This document shows positions 20,901-27,000 of a stretch of 45,515 bases of DNA, piece after piece (position 1 is the first letter of the stretch; the number at the start of each line of letters is the position of its first letter). The notes beneath the pieces are model-generated. The model was not told the origin of the DNA. It saw nothing but the letters and a program-made list of their open reading frames with translations, and did no database searches. This DNA is from an uncultured Methanosarcinales archaeon (GTDB lineage: Archaea > Nanobdellota > Nanobdellia > Woesearchaeales > JABMPP01), in contig CAZSAD010000011.1 in the NCBI GenBank assembly GCA_964604995.1, forward strand, positions 1 through 45,515, read 5' to 3'. Position numbers and translations under genes: made by a program.

Positions 20901-21934
20901 ATGTTGGAGCAACTGCATCATTTAGCTGGGCATTAAGTGGTGGAGGGTTATCTTTTACTGATGACACAAATACAGGAATTCCTCTTAATTTATTTGGAGG
21001 AGCATCTCAAGTATCTGCTTATATTGGACAAAGTGGAGCATATAATTATGATGGAAGAAATAGCCTTTTATCTGCTACTACACAAAGTGCAAATGCTGGA
21101 ATAGATAAATCAGCAACAAATTTTACAATTCAAGGAGGACTTGGAACAGGAGCAGGAAATTTAGGTAATATTTATTTTAATACAGGCAATACTCTTGCAT
21201 CAGGAAATACTACCCATACATCGACTGCAAAAATGGTAATTTTGGGGAGTGGCAATGTTGGTATTGGAACAACAACACCATCACAAAAATTAGATGTTAA
21301 TGGAAATATTACATCAACTGGAATTGTAAATGGATCACAACTTTGTATGAATGGTGATTGCAGATCAACATGGGATTCTATTTCAAGTAGTTCTGGTTGG
21401 AGTGATAATGGAACAATAGTTGTTTTAACAACAACAACTGATAGAGTAATTATTGGATCGAATACAACAAACAATAAAGCATTAAGTTCAGGATCATTGT
21501 ATGTACAAAATGATTTAGAAGTTGATGGTAATTTATATGGTTCTGGAGCAGATATTGCTGAAAATTTCCCAACAAATGATAAATTAGAACCTGGTGATGT
21601 TGTAATAATTGATACTGAGCTTTCTGAAGGAGTAAAAAAATCAACAACTGCTTATTCAACTTTAGTTGCGGGAGTTGTAACAACTGAACCTGGTGCAATA
21701 TTTGGAAGCAAAGTGAATGGATCAGCAATTGCACTTGCTGGAAGAGTTCCAATTAAAGTTACAAATGAAAATGGAAAAATAAATCCAGGAGATCTTTTAA
21801 CATCGAGTAGTAAAGCAGGATTTGCAATGAAATGTGAATCAAAAGAAAAATGTTCTGGTGCAATAATTGGAAAAGCACTTGAAACATTTGATTTATCTGA
21901 AGGAAAAATAAAAGTTTTAATTGCACTTGGATAA
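11975..21934 (+). CDS. Giant secreted repetitive fibre/adhesin protein 1 (3319 aa), tail-fibre-like GIGTT repeats, C-terminal chaperone-like domain
   Basis: N-terminal signal peptide (MKTQKISWMIVIFILLVLATNNIRA), 10 GYIAMWN blocks, many GIGTT motifs, C-terminal GADIAENF..PGDVV..ALAGRVPIKV..GDLLTSS..IIGKALE. Confidence 0.9.
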   Translation: MKTQKISWMIVIFILLVLATNNIRAADPGHGASSVGSGTFESGNYTFPDSLIVTNKVGIGTTSPSDLLTIYEGSTARNGIKIDAGSGMFTKFWQGTGLMVIDTNSSGITFGYDYTNKNYSFIGNVGIGTTAPGQKLTVLGTTNITGATYLGNSLCGTGQVLTTNSATGLISCTAVGSAAATVGGSGSSGYIAMWNGTNQINNSIIYQGASGVGIGTTNPSEQLEVTNRIKAKQLLSTGIVSSHPSISDGYIELYMYNNSGSMTGRLLAFDGSTYKDLAIGDWNNGNPNIMLKVGGNVGINISSPSQTLTVKGTANITGATYLGNSKCSGGQVLTTDVTTGLISCTSASGLGGVISGQGSSGYIAMWNATSQINNSIIYQGASGVGIGTTSPSGLLDVRGNNTGGNLLQLTGLNQYYGFINFADDVGGSPGFFGWSKSGYYASVYDKGWLLKNNKGLTIVNGSNVVTMVITPDNKMGIGTTAPQTKLEVYENTNAGGFGSYPSILVSNPNGTGYAMIGLTNGTGVSNLIGRILMDTSENLVVGTYANTNLIFDTNHVERMRIDTSGKVGIGTTTVPEVLTVNGNISASVFYDANNKEYYVDPATTSILNITRITTLYNSSGQTFFSNTCTYGIASISATGTVTCASQQGSGNGNIAGSGSSGYIAMWNGTNQINNSMIYQGASGVGIGNINPSYTLDVNGTARFSGSVIYLGQVVSSPVVLLESSDIGGFGVLNISTPNEDAQKINFKVGGKTTALLYSRGTIANTYLQLNDGITETTRIQLSTNGTTYFNGGNVGIGTTTVAQKLVVYDGNISLSGTTSVSHGIIMDRGQNITPTNLQSAIYTEWNGGGNYETLTMRAEGIKFQKYDGTNYMFIKSGGNVGINTTSPGQTLTVSGTANITGATYLGNSKCSSGQVLTTDLTTGLVSCTAVGSASATVGGSGSSGYIAMWNSSSQINSSVIFVNITTGNIGIGTTTPNGKLHIVGAYNSSTTAPLIVQNTNGYADPYTQYSQIWLDNASTPMAWIRADGSFYIGGTQGQMKPNRVQLNIAGTAAAPVVMNIYNTGIFFPATDGIAFTNAGTESMRIISGGNVGINTTTPLQTLTVKGTTNITGATYLGNSLCSAGQVLTADTTTGLISCTAVASASATVGGSGSSGYIAMWNGTNQINRSMIYQGTSGIGIGTTSPNAKLTLSVGNVDGILINSTNSGYLRLYNDDGYTWGFTNSYNKGDLFEILSGTSGSTPTTNRFSINGSSGYVGIGTYYPSSLLEVNGNVELTNLYNNSGTNFFSGSCTYGIASISASGAVTCAAQQGSGNGNVGGSGSAGYIAMWNGTNQINSSIIYQGVGRVGIGTTNSLAILDIRNGVSNTTPSLNIYGAGAWGSGYLAQLGNYGTISQKSSGNMELSWGGYFNGSTTFTKTYSGGLGMLNLEFGNGPIFKIQTDFTNISYAPNFVDIFVINNQTAYFSNSNVGIGTTSPNYKLEVDGTSDFGGDTTWNNGAAGLISYGTGRFIIRAASGQNLSLGAGGSNDKIFIDSSGNVGIGTTSPGAKLHVNGNMIFGEGTQTQLYGFSNSLGYTQTANGFVNSTGWYVYNTSYPGVIMDFHTHDDPISSVGYWYIPNGTGSQNIYRQFAFDVKNARLGINLDNGIAGGGKTPTSTLHVVGTANITGQTYLGNSLCSTGQVLTTNSATGLVSCTAVGSAAATVGGSGSSGYIAMWNGTSQINNSIIYQGASGVGIGTTNPTSTLSVGSSSTGTTTRILVESNSSDTSYDIVYGKKYYPRYTFYDLTNSHEMYMWYLGDQLRLGSGAGSAPTSGLLIPYGNTPNIYAPGKFIVGSDTSAGGTYKLEVITKSSVDGIRITTNQTNFDPYVILSRNGTGTEVDKKTISVRGSSGSAYLAFGNSSNPDQMVITTSGNVGIGSTNPTALLQVGTTDSRRAQISASGLLNIYYGDSAGDTKFITLENAYGNTANSHSILFKSGDGTTKYNSAQILQGHEQDWTTTASTRDSFLTFYTTVDSAMAEKMRITSSGNVGINTTSPGQTLTIKGTANITGATYLGNTLCSTGQVLTTNSATGLISCTAVGDASATVGGSGSSGYIAMWNGTNQINSSSIFQNGTTGGIGIGTTNPGAYKLFINGNAYLNGYLIGTSTIQLSNGNGFRSSNYANGLYVYSDNHTTIKNGAGTDIVAFTDSGNVGIGTTSPGAPLEIYYNNTAYGLGLIIKGIGTTNAYTGISFKDYDSENLNIFTAVNGYNYIRGISEAPMVFYTNNTERIRVDASGNVGIGTTNPVSILHINSENAVAKFTNSASGTTATDGVQFGHVGGGSLNSEMWNYENGYFRIGTNNYERIRILASGSIGINTTTPGQTLTIVGTANITGATYLGNSLCATGQVLTTNSATGLISCTTVASASATVGGSGNSGYIAMWNGTNQINNSKIYQSTNGIGIGTTTVPEVLTVNGNLSASVFYDANNKGYYVDPASTSYVNALNTAGRIGVGTTTVPEVLTVNGNISASVFYDSENKGYYINPSNSATSILTAGNVGIGTTSPSDKLHIVGNVQIQNGSLNEPLFTALGPNLISKADILNGGTNGWLTSSGYSNVIVIGPEGTETVAIYKYLNTSSGLYTDYINVDPTKSYLIEYWIKQNSTSQGTNYLGREEYTSAKVDNDQGNGPYTWNDRPPRANEWYHVYGIIPPYNAGAEGTHSATNSPYTPGTEYKFWSNATTKIKIKIFLSYYGSQNADTWVTKVAIREIGGSYTGTLSVDNGSNVGIGTTTLSQLLTVKGTANITGATYLGNSLCAAGQVLTTNSATGLVSCTSSLSGSVSGSGSSGYIAMWNGTNQINNSIIYQGASGVGIGTTTTNYKLNIQDSMVILGSSPVLRMGSGALSSLSWNSGGATYGTYTFGNAQDIDTQISAGNGTIYIDGTTGNVGIGTTAPDSTLDVHGTVNVTGLTTIGNYSATSSQLIVQGGVSGAPIITLKRNVGATASFSWALSGGGLSFTDDTNTGIPLNLFGGASQVSAYIGQSGAYNYDGRNSLLSATTQSANAGIDKSATNFTIQGGLGTGAGNLGNIYFNTGNTLASGNTTHTSTAKMVILGSGNVGIGTTTPSQKLDVNGNITSTGIVNGSQLCMNGDCRSTWDSISSSSGWSDNGTIVVLTTTTDRVIIGSNTTNNKALSSGSLYVQNDLEVDGNLYGSGADIAENFPTNDKLEPGDVVIIDTELSEGVKKSTTAYSTLVAGVVTTEPGAIFGSKVNGSAIALAGRVPIKVTNENGKINPGDLLTSSSKAGFAMKCESKEKCSGAIIGKALETFDLSEGKIKVLIALG
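21915..21934 (+). repeat. 20-bp direct repeat, left copy (TTTTAATTGCACTTGGATAA), the 3' end of giant 1
   Basis: Identical to 22905-22924. Confidence 0.9.
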
Positions 21935-21949
21935 AAATTAAGCGTAATA

Positions 21950-21969
21950 TTTAAATACCAGTTGGTATT
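21950..21969 (+). promoter_or_regulatory. TATA box plus palindromic operator upstream of MNT1
   Basis: TTTAAATA at 21950-21957, about 25 nt before the ATG at 21982, overlapping AATACCA-GT-TGGTATT (21954-21969). Confidence 0.55.
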
Positions 21970-21981
21970 AATTAATAACAA

Positions 21982-22500
21982 ATGATAGAAAAAAATAACA
22001 CTTGGAAAATACTGGAATTTTTCTTTTATTATCCAACTACTGAAATACACCTTAGGGAATTAGCTAGAAGAATGAAATTGTCCATGCCTGCTATAATTTT
22101 TGCTGTTGAAAAATTAGCAAGAGAAAATTTTATTATCATAAAAAAGAATAAAGTCACAACTGTACTAAAAGCAAATCTTGATAGTGTGCAATTTATTAAA
22201 CTTAAAAAATCAAATAATCTTGAAAAAATATTATTTTCAGGAATCTTAGATATGTTTAAACAGAAATTACATTATCCAAAGACAATAATTTGTTTTGGTT
22301 CTTATTCAAGAGGCGAAGATATTGAAAGTTCCGATATTGATATTGCAATAATTGGATGTAATGAAACAGAAATTAATTTGAAAAAAATTGAAAATTTGTT
22401 AAAAAGAAAAATTTCATTGCATTTTGTTGATCTTCGTAAAGTAAGCAAAGAATTTCTTGCAAATCTTAACAATGGAATTGTGATAGAAGGTGCTTTATGA
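21982..22500 (+). CDS. Minimal nucleotidyltransferase (MNT) with N-terminal winged HTH, antitoxin-like
   Basis: IHLRELARRMKLS HTH; FGSYSRGEDIESSDIDIA (GS-x10-DxD) pol-beta motif. Confidence 0.9.
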   Translation: MIEKNNTWKILEFFFYYPTTEIHLRELARRMKLSMPAIIFAVEKLARENFIIIKKNKVTTVLKANLDSVQFIKLKKSNNLEKILFSGILDMFKQKLHYPKTIICFGSYSRGEDIESSDIDIAIIGCNETEINLKKIENLLKRKISLHFVDLRKVSKEFLANLNNGIVIEGAL

Positions 22501-22910
22501 AAGAGTTTGAATATTTTGTTAAAACTGGAGCAGTTAAAAAACAATCAGTGGATATGAATCTTGCTAAGGCTACAAGAAAAGAAAGTTCAGAGAGATTGTT
22601 GATGGCTAAAAGTATTCTTCAAACACAAAAAGCTAAATATGCATTAGAAAATGCATATGAATCTATAAGAGAAGATATTGATGCGATTTTATTCTCTGAA
22701 GGTTTCAAATCATTTTCACATGAAGCAACAGTTGCGTACCTTTTAAAGTTGGGATTTTCAATAACTGATACAACAAAAGTAGACAGACTAAGAAAACTAA
22801 GAAATGGAATAAAATATTATGGCGAAGATGTAGATTATAAAGAAGCTTTAGATGCTTTAAAAATAGCTGATAGTGTCCTAAAAAAATTAAAGGAAAAGAA
22901 AATATTTTAA
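22497..22910 (+). CDS. HEPN domain protein
   Basis: Helical 137-aa protein coupled to MNT1 (ATGA overlap); NAYES, SHEAT and RNGIKYYG motifs typical of archaeal MNT-associated HEPNs. Confidence 0.8.
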   Translation: MKEFEYFVKTGAVKKQSVDMNLAKATRKESSERLLMAKSILQTQKAKYALENAYESIREDIDAILFSEGFKSFSHEATVAYLLKLGFSITDTTKVDRLRKLRNGIKYYGEDVDYKEALDALKIADSVLKKLKEKKIF

Positions 22911-22924
22911 TTGCACTTGGATAA
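22905..22924 (+). repeat. 20-bp direct repeat, right copy
   Basis: Identical to 21915-21934, 990 bp downstream; supplies the HEPN stop codon. Confidence 0.9.
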
Positions 22925-22945
22925 TTTACTGAATTTTGATATGAA

Positions 22946-23365
22946 TTAAATCAATGAAAAAAACTCTTCTTTTTCAATTAAATTTTTTGTTGAAATAACC
23001 ACAATTTTTTTCTGATTTTTAAGTATTGAATCATTGGACCATATGGGAAGATCTAATTTCAACGCCAAAGCAAAAAAATCAATATCATTTGGGTCAGGTG
23101 AAATTTTTACTGCATTTTTTAAACATGATGAATAATCTTCTAAGGGTAAAAAAGTTACTGCAATGGCAAGTTCTCTACGCATTTGTGTAAATTTTAAATT
23201 TGTAATCTTGAATTTTTTGATAATATCAGATTTGTGTTTATTTATTTCAAATAATGCAAATTCTGGAGAATAAAGTCTTAATCCTGCTGTAAGAATAATT
23301 TTTCTAGTAGTTGAATCTTGTTTAAAAAATGAAAATAAGATATTTGTATCGATTATTATTTCCAT
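22946..23365 (-). CDS. PIN-domain (VapC-like) ribonuclease toxin
   Basis: IIIDTNILFS, DPNDIDFFALAL and IWSND motifs; start moved to the ATG at 23365, which overlaps the antitoxin stop (TAATG). Confidence 0.88.
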   Translation of the reverse strand: MEIIIDTNILFSFFKQDSTTRKIILTAGLRLYSPEFALFEINKHKSDIIKKFKITNLKFTQMRRELAIAVTFLPLEDYSSCLKNAVKISPDPNDIDFFALALKLDLPIWSNDSILKNQKKIVVISTKNLIEKEEFFSLI

Positions 23366-23607
23366 TAGATTAAACCTTTTTTCTTGAGCTCTGCTAATCT
23401 GCCACTTCTTGACTCTCGCTGTAACTTTATGGCCCAATCTAAATTTTTTGAATCATTTTTTAGTCCTTTCTTTAATTCTTCTAATTTAACTAAGCTTTGT
23501 GCTTTTTCCTCTATGCTTTTCCTTACAAATCCTGACCAATTCATTTCTGGAAATTGTTTCATAGTGTTTCTTGTCTCTTCTGGAACTGAAAGTGTTATAC
23601 TTACCAT
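23365..23607 (-). CDS. Ribbon-helix-helix (CopG/VapB-like) antitoxin
   Basis: MVSITLSVPEE..MKQFPEMNWSGFVRKSIEEK RHH pattern; SD GGAGTGA before the ATG at 23607; coupled to the PIN gene. Confidence 0.8.
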   Translation of the reverse strand: MVSITLSVPEETRNTMKQFPEMNWSGFVRKSIEEKAQSLVKLEELKKGLKNDSKNLDWAIKLQRESRSGRLAELKKKGLI

Positions 23608-23800
23608 TTTTATCACTCCTATTTAAATAAACATAAATACGTTAAAATATTTAAATATTGTGTTTTAGAATTTATCCTAAGTGATTAATTGATTCTTGAA
23701 ACAATTAATTTTCTGTAAAAAATAAAAGTTTTAATTGTGTTGGGATAAAAATTTTAATTATATTTCTTAAATTACTTTGAAATAGTGGTTACTCTAAACC

Positions 23801-23837
23801 AAAAAGTATTTATACCTATTTGTTACAAACTTGTTAC
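23801..23837 (+). promoter_or_regulatory. BRE/TATA-like promoter followed by tandem TTGTTAC direct repeats
   Basis: AAAAAGTATTTATAC at 23801-23815; TTGTTAC at 23820-23826 and 23831-23837 (11-bp period); in-frame TTG at 23842. Confidence 0.5.
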
Positions 23838-23841
23838 TAAA

Positions 23842-23994
23842 TTGAGTAAAAGAATATACGTAACTGTAACAGATAAGCAGAACGACGAGATAACAAAACT
23901 TGTAGGAGTTCTAGGTAATTCTTCACCTGATGTAATTTCAACAATAGTTGCTATTTGGTTATATGAAAATTCTAAAAAACGAGGCAAGGAGTGA
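23842..23994 (+). CDS. Small ribbon-helix-helix-like DNA-binding protein (about 50 aa)
   Basis: KRIYVTVTDKQNDEITKLVGVLGNSSPDVISTIV strand-helix-helix pattern. Start chosen from promoter spacing; the ORF track starts at 23785. Confidence 0.65.
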   Translation: MSKRIYVTVTDKQNDEITKLVGVLGNSSPDVISTIVAIWLYENSKKRGKE

Positions 23995-24025
23995 GAAGAA
24001 AAAATCGAAGGTAGTAGTTAGAGAT

Positions 24026-27000
24026 ATGTCCGAGAACGGATTGCACAAAAAACTCATGAATAATCAAAATTTCAATAATGGAAAGAGAATATTGAATTTT
24101 ATAGTTGTACTGATTCTTATAATTTTATTTGCAAATAAAACTTTAGCAGCAACAAATTTAACTGGAATTCAAAACTTAAACGCGACTGGAGATATTATTT
24201 TTGATCAGGGTACATTTTATTTGAATTCTTCGAGTAATAATATTGGTATTGGAACAACTTCACCTGTGGGTAAGTTACATGTTTATGATAGTGCTTCGGC
24301 TGGTTCAGGAAATATAGTAATTGAAAGTGCTCAACCTCAAATTTATTTTGGAACAACAAATGCAAACACAATTGCTGTTTCTTCGAACAATATGTATTTT
24401 GCTGCAAATAGTGGGTGGGATATGATTATTGATAGTTCAGGAAGAGTAGGCATAGGAACAACATCGCCAGGACAATTATTGACAGTAAAAGGAACTGCTA
24501 ATATAACTGGTGCAACTTATTTAGGAAATAGTTTATGTGCTGCTGGACAAGTATTAACTACAAATTCTGCAACTGGATTAATTAGTTGCACTGCTGTTGC
24601 AAGTGCAAGTGCAACTGTTGGAGGCTCTGGAAGTTCTGGTTATATTGCAATGTGGAATGGAACAAATCAAATTAATTCATCAAAAATTTATCAAAGCACA
24701 AATGGGATTGGAATTGGAACAACAACTGTTCCAGAAGTTTTAACAGTGAATGGAAATATTTCAGGAACTGTATTTTATGATTCTAATAATAAAGGATATT
24801 ATATTGATCCGGCTTCAACAAGTTACATTAATGCCATAAACACTTTAGGAAGTGTTGGAATTGGAACAACATCACCATCTGAAAAATTAGATGTGAATGG
24901 TAATTTAGCTGTCAGAGGAAGTAACATATATTTAGAAGCTACAAATGAAAACACAAGTCAAGCTGGTGCTATTGACAGTGATGTTTATCCATATCCAATG
25001 AGATTTAAAATTAACACTGATGCAACAGGATATGGATTTGGTTGGACACATAGAACTGTAGCAGATGGAACTGAAAGTCATCAGATGTTTTTAGAAACAA
25101 GAAATACTTCTGGATACTTGAGAGTAAATAGTGTGGTGTATATTGGTAATATGAGTGGAACTATGGGAGGTTATCCTTCTCAAACACTTAATATCAAACT
25201 TGGTGGAGCAAGTTCGTCAGATACAAGTTATTTTAATGCTGGTAATGTTGGAATTGGAACAACAAGTCCAGGTGCAAAATTAGAAGTTGTTGGAAGTGCA
25301 AAATTTTCAAGTGCACCAGTTCAATTTTATGGACAAGTATATTTCTTTAATGATACTTATTTAACAAATGTTGAAACATTTGATGTTAATGGAAGCATTG
25401 TAATTAGAAATATTGGTGGATCTGTTGTTGGTAATTGGAGCGATGTTGCTGGAACTGCAAAATTCTACAATAAAGGAGATGCAAATATAACAGGAACATT
25501 AGATGCTGCAGATATTAAATTAACAAATCTTTATGATAAAGATGGAAGCAATTTCTTTGATACAACTTGCACATATGGAATTCAATCAATTGATGCAACT
25601 GGTGCATTTACATGTGCAAGTGCACAAGGAAGTGGAATTACAGGGTCAGGAACAGGAAGTGCATCTGCTGGAAATATTACAAGATGGAATGGAACTGGAT
25701 CAATTACAAATAGTATATTATATGAAAGTTCAGGAAGTGTTGGAATTGGAACAACAAGTCCTGGATATAAATTAGAGGTTAACGGTCCAGTAAATATAAT
25801 TGGAAGTAATCCTCTTAGAATAAATGGAGATTGGGTAGCAAGTTCAAGTGGAACTGTTATAACATTGGGAAGTAATGTAATAGACACTTTAAAATTAGAT
25901 ACAACTGGATCTTCTGATGTGTATGTTGTTAATGGAAGTGTTGGAATTGGAACAACAACACCAACGGATTTATTGGATGTTTTTAGTAGTACAAATTCCA
26001 TTGCAACTATAAGAACAAGTACAGGAATTGCAAAACTTGCATTAGATGAAAATGATATTAATTATGGAGGATATATAAAATATAATAGTTCAACAAATAT
26101 TTTAAGCATAGGCACACAAACAGGAGCTGATACTGATATTATATCAATCCCTAGAGGAGTTGCTGGAAGTGATAATGTAGGTATTGGTACAACAACACCA
26201 CAAGAAAAATTAACAGTGAATGGAAATATTTCTGGAACAGTATTTTATGATTCTAATAATAAAGGATATTATGTTGATCCAGCATCGACATCAATATTAA
26301 ACATTGCAAGAATCACAACATTCTACAATTCATCAGGTCAAACATTCTTTTCAAATTCTTGTACTTATGGAATTGCATCAATCAGTGCAAGTGGTGTAGT
26401 TACATGCGCAGCTCAACAAGGAAGCACAAGTGCAACAGTTGGTGGTTCAGGAAGTTCTGGTTATATTGCAATGTGGAATGGAACTAATCAAATTAATTCA
26501 TCAATGATTTATCAAGGAGGAAGTGGTGTTGGTATTGGAACAACAACTGTTCCTGAAAAATTAACCGTTAGTGGAAATGGTTATTTTACAGGAAATATTC
26601 TTGGAGGAAGTGGTTCATGGTCAGGTACAACCCCTTATGTTAATGCTACATATTATACTGGTCCAGGTGCTCAAAAAATTAATGCGAGAGCAAGTGGATT
26701 TTCTACAATAGCGGGAGCTAATCCTACTTTGAGTTTTTCAGTTATTATGTTAGCTTGGGATAATACAACAACAAATTTAACTGCATTTTGTAATGCTAGA
26801 ATAAATTCTGGATGGATGCCGCAAGTAGCAATAAAAGGAAATTATTTTTCACAATCGTTTGATGGAAATGATTTTTGGAGTTATAGTTCTGTAATTACTT
26901 CACAATCTGAATTTGATAGTTATAGAACAACAGGAAGTCAGTGGTGGATTGCTTGTAGTACACTAAGTGCTTGGCAAAAATTAGCACATACTGGAAGTGG

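Noticed and set aside
23948..24025. TTG at 23948 as the start of giant 2
   Set aside because: It lies inside the RHH gene and puts the signal peptide far from the N-terminus; the ATG at 24026 or 24056 is more plausible.
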